Assembly (NCBI GenBank): GCA_044222185.1
Contig: JBGANV010000001.1
Location: 1,789,337 to 1,853,336 of the forward strand
Length of the DNA: 64,000 nt
From: Planctomycetota bacterium
GTDB taxonomy: Bacteria > Planctomycetota > GCA-002687715 > CAIWVZ01
Direction: 5' to 3'
Shown here: one piece after another, positions 1 to 8,845 of the stretch
Numbering within the stretch: position 1 is the first letter of the stretch
How the letters are laid out: each line of letters opens with the position of its first letter
The notes under the pieces: generated by a model
Database searches by the model: none
What the model was told of the DNA's origin: nothing
The model's input: only the letters and a program-made list of their open reading frames with translations
Position numbers and translations under genes: made by a program

Positions 1-5
1 TATAC

Positions 6-845
6 GTGCCGCGCGTCGGCGGCGGCCTGGGCCTCCCCGCGGGTTCCGTGCTCTCGCGTCTTCGCTACGTCTGCTTCACCGATTGGCGCCGACTCGCGTT
101 CGTCGTCCTGCCCGCCGGCGTCGTCACCATCCCGGCCTTGTTCCTCCATCGCCGGATGGACGCGCCGACACGCGCGCTGGCCTGGGTTTCGCTGGCGTGG
201 GTCGCGTTCTTCTACTTCCCAGGCAACTACGCGCCGCACCACTTCGCTCCGGCGATGGTCCTGCCCGTGATCGTCTACTGGCGGCTCGCGGCCGGCGCGG
301 CCACGGCTGCGGTCCGAGCCCGTCTCGCCGCCATCGGAGTGATGGGCGCGCTCGCGGGGCTGTGGCTCTGCCTTCCCGCGCACGACTCGGTGCCACAGCC
401 GTTCCGCGATGCCGGAGCCGCCGTGAGCGTGCCTGCGGGCGGGCCGCGGCTGGGGTCCGACCTCGCGCCGTTCGCCGTGCTGTCGTCCGTCGTGTCACCG
501 CCGTGGTCGGGCGCCGACCCGCATGCGACGCTCGTCGGCTCGCCGCTGCAGGTCGCGCATTACGCACGGCTCCTTGGGCCACGACCCGACGACCCGTCGT
601 GGACGTATCGGGTCCAGCGCAGCGACGCAGCCCGCGCGCCGGGGGCCGTCGTGCTCGAAGAACGGCCGCCGTGGGTGCTCCTCGCGCGGGATGCATCGGT
701 CGTCCGTCCCGGAGCGGTCGGTCACCTCGCGACGGACTTCCAGCGACCGTGGCTCGTCGTTCCGCCAGAACGGCTCGTCCGCGGAATCCTGGAGAAGCGG
801 CACGCCTACGACGTCGACATACGGGCCCTCGTTGGACGACGCTGA
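6..845 (+). CDS. Polytopic membrane protein, probably the C-terminal part of a larger GT-C-like or membrane protein. Its 5' end is likely cut by the window edge.
   Basis: The ORF opens at the window edge with GTG. Its N-terminal half has several hydrophobic helices and the rest is soluble. It is co-directional and abutting (4 nt) with the next membrane-protein ORF. Confidence 0.4.
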   Translation: MPRVGGGLGLPAGSVLSRLRYVCFTDWRRLAFVVLPAGVVTIPALFLHRRMDAPTRALAWVSLAWVAFFYFPGNYAPHHFAPAMVLPVIVYWRLAAGAATAAVRARLAAIGVMGALAGLWLCLPAHDSVPQPFRDAGAAVSVPAGGPRLGSDLAPFAVLSSVVSPPWSGADPHATLVGSPLQVAHYARLLGPRPDDPSWTYRVQRSDAARAPGAVVLEERPPWVLLARDASVVRPGAVGHLATDFQRPWLVVPPERLVRGILEKRHAYDVDIRALVGRR

Positions 846-848
846 ACC

Positions 849-1340
849 ATGACTCATCTGCGCGCTCCCCTGCTCTGGCCGGTTCTCGCTGGCGGCGTCG
901 CTGCCGCTGCGGGGTCGGTCTGGGTCGCCTGCAGTTTCACGCACAAGGCGTATGCGCTGGGCTACCACGTGCCTCTCGCGTTCCTCACGACGGCCGTCCT
1001 CGTCGATTGCATCGTCCAGGCGCGATCGACGCGCCAACTCGGGATCTTCTGGGCGGGCGCCCTCGCCGCCGGACTGATCACGGGACGGATGATCCACGAC
1101 TGGCCCTGGTCGGGGCACGGAATCCTGGGGGCGCTTTACGCCGCATCACCGCTGCGGCCGGGATGGCGGATCCTCGGGGCCGCGACGATCATTCAGTCGG
1201 CGATCACGAAGTCCGTCCGCGGAGAACGGCCGCTCGATGCCCTCTGGGGCGCATGCGTCGGCGTGGCGCTTCACCTCGTTGCGGTCGTCGTCGACCGTCG
1301 CCGCACGGCGATCATCCCGAAGACCGGCGCGAAGCCGTGA
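849..1340 (+). CDS. Small integral membrane protein (~5 TM), function unknown
   Basis: 163-aa ORF with repeated hydrophobic segments. It starts 4 nt after the previous ORF's stop. A WSGH string is present, but PAP2 motifs are not in canonical order. Confidence 0.45.
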   Translation: MTHLRAPLLWPVLAGGVAAAAGSVWVACSFTHKAYALGYHVPLAFLTTAVLVDCIVQARSTRQLGIFWAGALAAGLITGRMIHDWPWSGHGILGALYAASPLRPGWRILGAATIIQSAITKSVRGERPLDALWGACVGVALHLVAVVVDRRRTAIIPKTGAKP

Positions 1341-2337
1341 GCGCGAACTGGACGCGCACGATCACGAACGTCGCCGCGGAGTAGAAGTAATAGAGCCAAT
1401 GCACGGGGATCGCTCGGAGCATGAACCACAGCCCCCGGCGCTTCAGGAAGAACGTGTAAAGGTCGGCATTCAACGCCAGGAGAAGGACCACGAGAGTCGC
1501 CAGCACGAGTCCCCCGGAACCGGCGGGCCACGCCCACCCGAGGGCGCACGTGATCGCCAGGCAGGCCGTGGCCGCGACGAGGAGCCCGACCAGTCCCGCC
1601 GAGATGCGGTGGTGCGGTCGCAGGTTCAAGTCCGGAGGAACGGACCCGCGCTCGAGCATCAGGCGCGTCCACGGTACGGCGCGCTTGAACACGTCGACGC
1701 GAATCATCTCCACGAGCGTCCAGGCCTTCAGGTGGCAGACCTGCAGCGATGGGTCGAGCTCGATGACCATGTCGCGATCCGTCATGCGGTATCCAAGATC
1801 GATGTCCTCGACCGACGGCACGTCGAACCGCCGGGTATCGAACCCGCCGACCGACAGGAACGACGACTTGCGAACCGCGCCGCAGCCCGCCCAGAACGTC
1901 ATGGCCCGGCGGCGTGCGCCTTGGTGAATGAAGTGGTGGACGAGGTTCTTGTACTGCGCCGTGAACGTTCGCGCGTGGGGCTCCTCGTCGTACGAGCCGA
2001 AGAGCGCGTCGGGTGCGTCGGGCTGCGCGAATCGGGCCGCCACGCGGCCGATCGTGTCGCGATGGATCACGACGTCGCTGTCGATGAACAAGACGACGTC
2101 GTTGCGCGCCGTTGCCACGCCGTCGTTGCGGCCGGCGCCGGGACCGCCGCGCACGGTGCGGCGCAGGAACTCGAAGCCGTATTCCGCGACGATCGGTTCG
2201 AGGGAACGCGGCGACTCGTCATCGACGACGATGATCTGGTCCGCTCCGGGCTCGGCATCCCGTAGCGCGTCGAGCGACAACCGGAGCTGCCCCTCGTTTC
2301 CGCGTGCGGGTACGACGACCGTCACCGGAACCTTCAT
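1312..2337 (-). CDS. GT2 glycosyltransferase with C-terminal TM helices (polyprenyl-phosphate sugar transferase, ArnC/GtrB/DPM1-like)
   Basis: N-terminal KVPVTVVVPARGNEG and DD motifs typical of GT2. The C-terminal 100 aa form hydrophobic helices. Start chosen at the internal MKVPV. ATGA overlap with the upstream deacetylase gene. Confidence 0.75.
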   Translation of the reverse strand: MKVPVTVVVPARGNEGQLRLSLDALRDAEPGADQIIVVDDESPRSLEPIVAEYGFEFLRRTVRGGPGAGRNDGVATARNDVVLFIDSDVVIHRDTIGRVAARFAQPDAPDALFGSYDEEPHARTFTAQYKNLVHHFIHQGARRRAMTFWAGCGAVRKSSFLSVGGFDTRRFDVPSVEDIDLGYRMTDRDMVIELDPSLQVCHLKAWTLVEMIRVDVFKRAVPWTRLMLERGSVPPDLNLRPHHRISAGLVGLLVAATACLAITCALGWAWPAGSGGLVLATLVVLLLALNADLYTFFLKRRGLWFMLRAIPVHWLYYFYSAATFVIVRVQFALTASRRSSG

Positions 2338-3107
2338 GAGGATGCTCCGTTGGCAAGTGCGGAGCGGACGGCCCGCCCCGCACGCCGCACGGCGAGCCAG
2401 GCGCGCACCCACGAAGCATCCAGATCACCGCGATCTGCGAGGAAACCCAGGTAGAAGGCATCCAGTCGCGGAAGGCGCGCCGGTTCCATCCCGGGCCGAA
2501 CCTCGGCCAATTCCGTCGTGAAGCAGCCCTCGTAGACGCGGATCGCCTCGTTGGCGACGCGGACGTCCAACGCGCCGAACGGGTATGCAAACAGCGGCAC
2601 CGGCGCGCCGATCTCCGCTTCGATTCGTTCGCGGGATCCGCGCAGCTCGGCGACGAGTTCGTCGTCGGCGCAGTGCCGCAGGTCGACGTGGTGGCAGGCA
2701 TGGGATCCGATCTCGATCCCTCGACTTCGGAGCTGGCGGATCTCGTCCCAGGTCAGCGCCGCCTGGCGCGGGCACGCGGCGTCGCGCGGGAAGATCACCG
2801 GTCGCCCGACGAGATCCGTCGACACGAAGAGGATGGCGCCGAACCCGAGTTCGAAGAGGATCGGAGTCGCGTCCCGCAGCACGGACGCATACCCGTCGTC
2901 GAACGTGATCACGAACGACCGTTCCGGGATCGGTGTCTCCCCGCGAATGCAGCTCAGAAACGCGGCCACACTCAGCGTCGACCATCCGCGTGAAGCGAGG
3001 CGCCGCATGAGTCGTGCGAAGCGCTGAGCCGGGAACGCGACCGGTGACCGGTCGTCGGCCAACGCATGGAAGGTGAGGACGGGAACTCTCGGCTTCAGCG
3101 ACATGCC
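2334..3107 (-). CDS. NodB-family polysaccharide deacetylase (ArnD-like deformylase/deacetylase candidate)
   Basis: TFDDGY motif and H-x-x-x-H motifs (GSHACHHVDL). Start chosen at MSLKPRVPVLTFHAL. Translationally coupled to the GT2 below. Confidence 0.75.
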   Translation of the reverse strand, partial: GMSLKPRVPVLTFHALADDRSPVAFPAQRFARLMRRLASRGWSTLSVAAFLSCIRGETPIPERSFVITFDDGYASVLRDATPILFELGFGAILFVSTDLVGRPVIFPRDAACPRQAALTWDEIRQLRSRGIEIGSHACHHVDLRHCADDELVAELRGSRERIEAEIGAPVPLFAYPFGALDVRVANEAIRVYEGCFTTELAEVRPGMEPARLPRLDAFYLGFLADRGDLDASWVRAWLAVRRAGRAVRSALANGASS

Positions 3108-3339
3108 CCAGGCCCGAGAATCGGGCGCCAGACTATAGACGTCGGCGAATCGGTCACGACGCCTTGACGCAGGTTTGCGCCAGCTGCGGCCCCACGGACG
3201 GGGACGCCGTCGCAACACCGCCCCGGGGCTCGATCGTCCCGGTCCGTGACGTCCATTCCTCGTGAACCACCTCGAACTGGAGCCCGCGAGATTCGTAGAC
3301 TGCCGTCCCCATCAGCGCAGCTCTCCAAACAGGAGTTCC

Positions 3340-4134
3340 AACATGAGGTGGTCGAAGACACCCTTCTCGAACGGGATTCGGTGGTCGGTCGCGAGCGTGA
3401 TTCTCTGCGGGGCGCTCGTCGCCCAGACCCCGGTCTTGTCGCGCGTACTCCCGGAGGCCGCCTCGCCGGGAGATCTCGTCATCCTCGTGGGAACCAATCT
3501 CGCGAACACGAACGACGTCACCTTCGTGGCGGCCGTCGGCGGGTTCGCCGGGGTTCACACCATCCACCAACCGGTCGTTTCCGTCAGCGCGACGCAGGTC
3601 CGCGTGCTCATGCCGACCGTCGGCAACTTCCTCCCGCCGAACGTCCAGGGGAGCAGCCCGATCGGGTCGATCGCCGTGCGAACCGTGGGCGGTGTGACGA
3701 GCGCGCCACTCACCTTCTATTTCATGGAGCAGACGGCGGGGCGCGTACACACGGCCGGAATCGGAACGACACAGGCGAACCCGGGCCAGGGGCGCCCGGT
3801 GATCTCGTTCCCGCCCACGTCCGCTCCCATCGCCGGAAACACGGCGTCCATCATCCGCGTCGCCAACGGCACCGTGGGGCTCCAGGCGGACCTCGTGATC
3901 GGGACGCCGATCGCGACGCCCTTCATCGCGGTCGGTGACGGGCTCGTGGCCATCGACGTGCTCGGCGCGCCATTCTTCGCCGTGACGGCACCCGTTCCCG
4001 TGGATGCGCTCGGGGACGCAAGCCTCACGTTCAACATCCCACCCAGCGCCTCGGGGCTGACCGTCGCCTTGCAGTGGGCGACCTCGACGACGGGGTTCCT
4101 GTTCATCTCCAACGGGCTCGTCGTCACTCTCTGA
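3340..4134 (+). CDS. Secreted protein with probable IPT/TIG-like beta-sandwich region
   Basis: Start at MRWSKTPF with a hydrophobic signal peptide. AGGAG lies 7 nt upstream of ATG. Gly/Thr/Val-rich beta-type sequence. Confidence 0.55.
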   Translation, partial: NMRWSKTPFSNGIRWSVASVILCGALVAQTPVLSRVLPEAASPGDLVILVGTNLANTNDVTFVAAVGGFAGVHTIHQPVVSVSATQVRVLMPTVGNFLPPNVQGSSPIGSIAVRTVGGVTSAPLTFYFMEQTAGRVHTAGIGTTQANPGQGRPVISFPPTSAPIAGNTASIIRVANGTVGLQADLVIGTPIATPFIAVGDGLVAIDVLGAPFFAVTAPVPVDALGDASLTFNIPPSASGLTVALQWATSTTGFLFISNGLVVTL

Positions 4135-4161
4135 GGAGCGCCACGCCCGGCCTCGTTCCCC

Positions 4162-4551
4162 ATGACCTCGGGTGAAGCACACAGGCTCAGTGCCCGCGAA
4201 CGCCAGATGATGGACGTCGTCTGGCAGCGCGGTGAGGCCACGGCGCAGGAGATCCGCGACGCGATCCCCGAGCCACCGAGCTACTCCGCAGTCCGCGCCA
4301 CGCTGGCGATCCTCGAGCGCAAGGGACACCTGCGTCACCGGATCGATGGCGCGCGCTACATCTACATTCCCGTCGAGTCGACGACGTCGGCCGGGCGCCA
4401 GGCCTTGATGCGCGTCGTCGACACTTTCTTCGAGGGTTCGCCCGAGCGGGCCGTCGCCGCGTTGCTGAAAAAGCAGTCTGGCGCACTGGACGCGCGGGAC
4501 GTCGCGCGGTTGAAGAAGCTCATCGACCAGTCGCGCCGCAAGGGACGATGA
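4162..4551 (+). CDS. BlaI/MecI/CopY-family winged-helix transcriptional repressor
   Basis: 129 aa. The N-terminal DVVW..GEATAQEI...SYSAVRATLAILERKG pattern is typical of the penicillinase-repressor family. Its 4-nt overlap with the downstream M56 sensor gene is the classic blaI-blaR1-type pairing. Confidence 0.85.
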   Translation: MTSGEAHRLSARERQMMDVVWQRGEATAQEIRDAIPEPPSYSAVRATLAILERKGHLRHRIDGARYIYIPVESTTSAGRQALMRVVDTFFEGSPERAVAALLKKQSGALDARDVARLKKLIDQSRRKGR

Positions 4552-5804
4552 ACGTGGCGGCGGCCTGCGTCTTCCTGTTGGACTGGATCGCACGCTCCGC
4601 GGTCGTGGCGATTGCAGCGCTCGCTCTCAGGGCCGCCGCTCCGACACGCTCGGCGGCCTTGCGGCACGCGATCCTGCGCTGCGCCCTCATCCTCGTCGTC
4701 GCCCTCCCCTTCGTGCCGGTGCCGCCGACGGTCGTCGAGCTCGCGATCGACCCGGGGCCTTTCGCCGAAGACGGCCCACGCAATCCGACCCCGGACCGTG
4801 GCCTCGCGTCGTCGCTCGCGCTCGTCGTCTGGGCCGTCGGTGCGACGCTGTCGGTGATTCGCCTGGCGATGAGCGCGCGGCCGCCGCGCGCCGATCGATC
4901 CCAGGCCGTCGCACCGGCCGTCATCGGCGCATTCAAACTCGCGTGTTTCGACGCGGGGATCCGGCGGCACGTCACGCTGTCCATCTCGAACGAGACACGG
5001 ACGCCGAGCACGCATGGGTGGCTCCGCCCCTGCGTCGTCGTCCCGCGGAGCGCGACGCACTGGCCAGGGCCGACGCTCGCAGCCGCCCTGCGACACGAAG
5101 CGGCGCACGTCAGGCGAGCCGATTGGCTCGTCTTCGTCCTGGCACGCCTCGTCGCATGCCTCCATTGGCCAAACCCGATCATGGGCCGACTGGCGAGAGA
5201 CCTCGAGCGTGACGCGGAGGATGCCTGCGACGACGACGCCCTGTCCCAGGGTGCGGTCCCGAGCGAACTCGCCTCGGCGCTCCTCGCGACCGGGACGCGC
5301 CAGAACGTCTCGATGGCAGGATTGGGATCCAGCCTCGTCGCCCGCCGCATCGAGCGCGTGCTGGCCGACGTCCCCCGTGCCGGCGACGTGTCTCGCTTCG
5401 TGATGCTGCCGATCGTGCTGGCCCTGGCCAGCGTCGCCGTCAGCGTCCGGATCTCCGCTCCGGTCGAGCGCTCCGCCCTGGCCGAGGCCACGTCCGCAAC
5501 GCCGGCGGCAGCCCTGTCCATCGCCCCGGCCGCACCGCCGGCCGCACCGTCGCCGCCGGCGCCACGAGCCGCCGAAGCGCCGGCGCCCCTGCCGAGTCGC
5601 GACACGTCCATCGTCGGCCCGGAGCAGCAACCCGCACCGCATTCGCAGGACGTCTCCGCGCCCCCCGCCCGGCGACCCGAGGTGCGACCGGCTTTGCCGT
5701 CGGGCCCCCGATCGTGGTCGGGAATGCTCTTCCCGGGCGTCTCCCTGCGCGTGATCTCCGTCCAGGTCCGGATTCCCGTCGGTTCGCCCCGACGCGAGCG
5801 CTGA
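4548..5804 (+). CDS. BlaR1/MecR1-like M56 peptidase signal transducer. Its C-terminus is Pro/Ala-rich and not a penicillin-binding domain.
   Basis: N-terminal TM helices and HEAAH zinc-metalloprotease motif (ALRHEAAHVRRAD). Long low-complexity P/A-rich C-terminal tail. Confidence 0.8.
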   Translation: MNVAAACVFLLDWIARSAVVAIAALALRAAAPTRSAALRHAILRCALILVVALPFVPVPPTVVELAIDPGPFAEDGPRNPTPDRGLASSLALVVWAVGATLSVIRLAMSARPPRADRSQAVAPAVIGAFKLACFDAGIRRHVTLSISNETRTPSTHGWLRPCVVVPRSATHWPGPTLAAALRHEAAHVRRADWLVFVLARLVACLHWPNPIMGRLARDLERDAEDACDDDALSQGAVPSELASALLATGTRQNVSMAGLGSSLVARRIERVLADVPRAGDVSRFVMLPIVLALASVAVSVRISAPVERSALAEATSATPAAALSIAPAAPPAAPSPPAPRAAEAPAPLPSRDTSIVGPEQQPAPHSQDVSAPPARRPEVRPALPSGPRSWSGMLFPGVSLRVISVQVRIPVGSPRRER

Positions 5805-5884
5805 TCCTCCCCGTCGTGACGAATCGGACATCGGGCCTCAGTGCTAGAAATTTGGCAATGAACCGCGCGAACCCACGGGCGTCT

Positions 5885-5902
5885 ATGCTAAGGAATTAGC
5901 AT
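5885..5902. promoter_or_regulatory. AT-rich perfect inverted repeat ATGCTAA-GGAA-TTAGCAT inside an AT-rich island. Candidate operator upstream of the 5948 gene.
   Basis: 7-4-7 palindrome in a ~70 bp AT-rich patch (5840-5910), within an otherwise very GC-rich window. It lies 45 bp upstream of a start codon and immediately downstream of the BlaI/BlaR1 pair. Confidence 0.3.
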
Positions 5903-5947
5903 GACGCCGCGACCCAGGGAGCGGGGCACGGCGACGGAGGTCCCGCA

Positions 5948-7576
5948 ATGACTCGCCCGATGATGATCACGGTTCTCGCCTTCGCCCTGGCGGCTCGTGC
6001 CCGCGCGGACGGCGTCTCCGCAGGCCCGATCCAGACGCTCGTCGCTCAGGTGGCCGCGGCCACCGGAATCGAACCGCGCGTCGCCTCGACGCGCGACGGC
6101 GCCACGCTCGTCGCTTGGATCGAAACCGTGAACGGGTCGTCGCAAATCCGCTACCGCGCATTCGATCGGAGCGGTGTGGCAGTCGGCGTGCCGCACACGA
6201 TCAACGGCAGCGGGCTGCTCTCGCTCGATGCCGCCGGAGGTGGGTCGCGATTCATGGTCAGTTGGGAGGATTCGCCGGGTGCGGGTGCATCCCACCACGA
6301 CCTGCGGTTCCGGATCCTCGATTGGTCCGGCGCGACGATCGCATCTGGGAACGGTGAGCCCGCGTCGCTCGCTCCGATCTGGACGTCGAGCGACTCGGCC
6401 TGCACCGCGACACCCTACGACGGCTTCGCATTGACCTGGATCCGCCGCGATGCCAACGGGATCGCGCAGCAAGTCGTCGTGCGGCGCTTCGACGCGTTCG
6501 GTGGTTCGCCAGACCCGGTTCCGCTGACGGTCGAGACGGCGAACCAGGGCTTCGGCGCCGAGCGGACGACTGCCTGCGCGCTGTGGCCCGACGGTCACAT
6601 GCTGGTCGCCTGGGTCGACGGGCCCCAGGGTGCGGGCCCGAGCGTACCGTCGCCCGACGGCTACGGCGCCGCCGTCGTCGGGGTCTACTTCGCCACGGGA
6701 CCCACTGTGATCTCGGGGATGCTGCTCATCGCCGGCGAAACGGCGGGTGACCAGACGTCCCCGCGGCTGGCCGCGAGCTATCGAGAAATCGCCGTACTGG
6801 GATTCACGAGCACGGCGACGGGCGTCTCGGAAGCGAGCGTCGCCCGCCTGACGAGTACTGGCCAGATCTACGATCCGTCGGGCCTCACACTGACTGCGAC
6901 CCGTGCAGGCCCACAGGTCCTCACCGACGTGGCCGTCGCGGCGAGCGGCGAGTCCGCCATCGCGTTCGTCGACGCCGCGCCCACGGCCTCCGCGGCGCCG
7001 CGGGCGGGATTCGTTCGCTTGCGCTCCCCGATCGGCTACGCGGGGCCGGCGATCATCGAAACGGGACTCCTCGACGCATCGCCCGCTCCTCAGGGGCGAG
7101 CGTCCGTGGCGCTCGACTCGTTCGGAGGCGTGAAAGCGGCGTGGACCTCGAGCCCCGGCGCCGCGGACGAGCTACGGTTTCGCACGCTCGATCGCTCCCA
7201 GGTCGTGTTTCTCGCGACCCCGACGCGGGGAGCCGTGGTGCCCATCCTCCTCGACAGCCCTTCGGACCCTGCGTTCACCTACTTCCTGATCGCCTCCACG
7301 AACCTCGGCCCGACGGCGGTCGACGACCGCATCATTCGCCTGGGATACGACCCGCTCGCGCAATGGATCCTCTCCGGGCCGCAGCCGAACTTCCCGGGGT
7401 TCGCGGGCACGCTCGACTCGACGGGCCGGTCGGCGGCCCCGGCGCTCGTCATCCCGAACCTCACCTGGCTCGCCGGACAAACTCTTCATTTCGCGTTCGT
7501 CACGGTCGATCCTTTTGGATTGGCGCCCAGCGGTCTGAACACGATCTCGGAGTCCACGACGGTCGTCATCCAGTGA
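5948..7576 (+). CDS. Secreted hypothetical protein (542 aa) with signal peptide
   Basis: MTRPMMITVLAFALAARARADG signal peptide. GGAGG lies 8 nt upstream. Repetitive Gly/Ala/Ser/Thr-rich sequence with no recognisable catalytic motifs. Confidence 0.55.
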   Translation: MTRPMMITVLAFALAARARADGVSAGPIQTLVAQVAAATGIEPRVASTRDGATLVAWIETVNGSSQIRYRAFDRSGVAVGVPHTINGSGLLSLDAAGGGSRFMVSWEDSPGAGASHHDLRFRILDWSGATIASGNGEPASLAPIWTSSDSACTATPYDGFALTWIRRDANGIAQQVVVRRFDAFGGSPDPVPLTVETANQGFGAERTTACALWPDGHMLVAWVDGPQGAGPSVPSPDGYGAAVVGVYFATGPTVISGMLLIAGETAGDQTSPRLAASYREIAVLGFTSTATGVSEASVARLTSTGQIYDPSGLTLTATRAGPQVLTDVAVAASGESAIAFVDAAPTASAAPRAGFVRLRSPIGYAGPAIIETGLLDASPAPQGRASVALDSFGGVKAAWTSSPGAADELRFRTLDRSQVVFLATPTRGAVVPILLDSPSDPAFTYFLIASTNLGPTAVDDRIIRLGYDPLAQWILSGPQPNFPGFAGTLDSTGRSAAPALVIPNLTWLAGQTLHFAFVTVDPFGLAPSGLNTISESTTVVIQ

Positions 7577-7606
7577 GTCGGACGCGGGCGCGGATAGACT
7601 CCGCCG

Positions 7607-8845
7607 ATGCGTCCGCTCCGGTTTTGCATGATCACGACCTTCTACCCGCCACAGAACTTCGGCGGGGACGGGATCTTCATCCACCGGCTGAACAACGAGC
7701 TCGCGAAGGCGGGCCATCGCGTCGACGTCGTCCACTGCACGGACTCCTACCACATGCTCGGGGGCACCAACGACCGCCCGGTCGAGCATCACCCCAACGT
7801 GACGACGTTCCCGTTGGCGAGCCCGGCGGGAAGGCTCTCGCCTCTCCTGACGCAACAGACCGGCGCCCCATGGCTCAAGCGCCGCCGCATTTCCGAGGTG
7901 CTCGCGCGGGGCCACGACGTCGTCCACTTCCACAACGTCTCGCTCGTGGGTGGCCCCAAGGTCCTCCGCATGGGTTCGGGGATCAAGCTCTACACGACGC
8001 ACGAGCACTGGCTCGTGTGTCCGACTCACGTCCTGTTCCGATACAACCGCGAGCCGTGTTTCGAGAAGGACTGCCTGCGATGCATCCTCGCACACAAGCG
8101 ACCGCCGCAGCTGTGGCGCTACACGGGACTGATTCCCCGCATGCTGAAGCACGTCGACGGCTTCATCTCCCCGAGCGCGTTCACGATGCGCCGTCACGCG
8201 GAACTGAACCTGGACATGCAGGTCATCCCCTACTTTCTCCCCGAACTCGAACCCGCGGATGACGCGGCAACGGCGAAGGGACGCACGATCGTGGCCGAGC
8301 AGAAGGCCCGGCAGTTCTTCCTGTTCGTAGGCCGTCTCGAGAAGCTCAAGGGCCTGCAAGAGATCCTCCCCGTGTTCCGCAAGCGGACCGACCTGCGCCT
8401 CCTCGTCGCTGGCGAGGGCGCGTTCGGGGACGAGCTCCGCGCGCAGGCCGCGGGCCTCGACAACGTGGTCTTCCTCGGCTCACTGGATCGCCGCAACCTC
8501 CAGGTGCTCTACGAACACGCTCTCGCCGTGCTCGTTCCATCGATCTGCTTCGAGGTGCTCGGCCAGATCATCATCGAGGGATTCGCCGTGAAGACGCCCT
8601 CGATCGTCTGCCCGCTCGGCGCCCCGCCGGACATCATCCGCGAGAGCAACGGCGGGTTCGTCTACGAAGACCTCGAGGAATTCGAACGAGCGCTGGACGC
8701 CATCGCGCGGGACCCGGCCCTGAGGGCGCGGCTCGGCGAGAACGGCTTCAGGTACTTCCAGGAGCACTTCACGAGAGATGCTCACTTCAAGAAGTACTTC
8801 GGCCTCATCGATTCGATCGCGAAGCGCAAGGGGATCACGCTGTGA
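7607..8845 (+). CDS. GT4-family (GT-B fold) glycosyltransferase
   Basis: C-terminal EGFA...P...ESNGGFVYED pattern characteristic of GT1/GT4 'glycos_transf_1' domains. 412 aa. Confidence 0.8.
   Translation: MRPLRFCMITTFYPPQNFGGDGIFIHRLNNELAKAGHRVDVVHCTDSYHMLGGTNDRPVEHHPNVTTFPLASPAGRLSPLLTQQTGAPWLKRRRISEVLARGHDVVHFHNVSLVGGPKVLRMGSGIKLYTTHEHWLVCPTHVLFRYNREPCFEKDCLRCILAHKRPPQLWRYTGLIPRMLKHVDGFISPSAFTMRRHAELNLDMQVIPYFLPELEPADDAATAKGRTIVAEQKARQFFLFVGRLEKLKGLQEILPVFRKRTDLRLLVAGEGAFGDELRAQAAGLDNVVFLGSLDRRNLQVLYEHALAVLVPSICFEVLGQIIIEGFAVKTPSIVCPLGAPPDIIRESNGGFVYEDLEEFERALDAIARDPALRARLGENGFRYFQEHFTRDAHFKKYFGLIDSIAKRKGITL

Noticed and set aside
849-1340. Possible PAP2 (LpxE/LpxF-like) lipid phosphatase
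   Set aside because: A WSGH string and a K-x5-RP string are present, but in the wrong order and spacing for the KX6RP - PSGH - SRX5HX3D PAP2 signature. It is left as an unassigned small membrane protein.
83-1384. Long ORFs in alternative frames or antisense to recognisable genes. Examples: 83-1384, 4362-5831, 8782-10134, 14090-15721, 16982-18421, 26045-28237, 58665-59981.
   Set aside because: In ~70% GC DNA stop codons are rare in all frames. In each case the opposite or other frame encodes a protein with clear family motifs or hydrophobicity pattern. The translations of these alternative ORFs are Arg/Pro/Ala-rich low-complexity strings.
5840-5870. Sigma-54 type promoter (TTGGCA...)
   Set aside because: A TGGCA element is present, but no correctly spaced TTGC -12 element follows. 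The pattern is insufficient.
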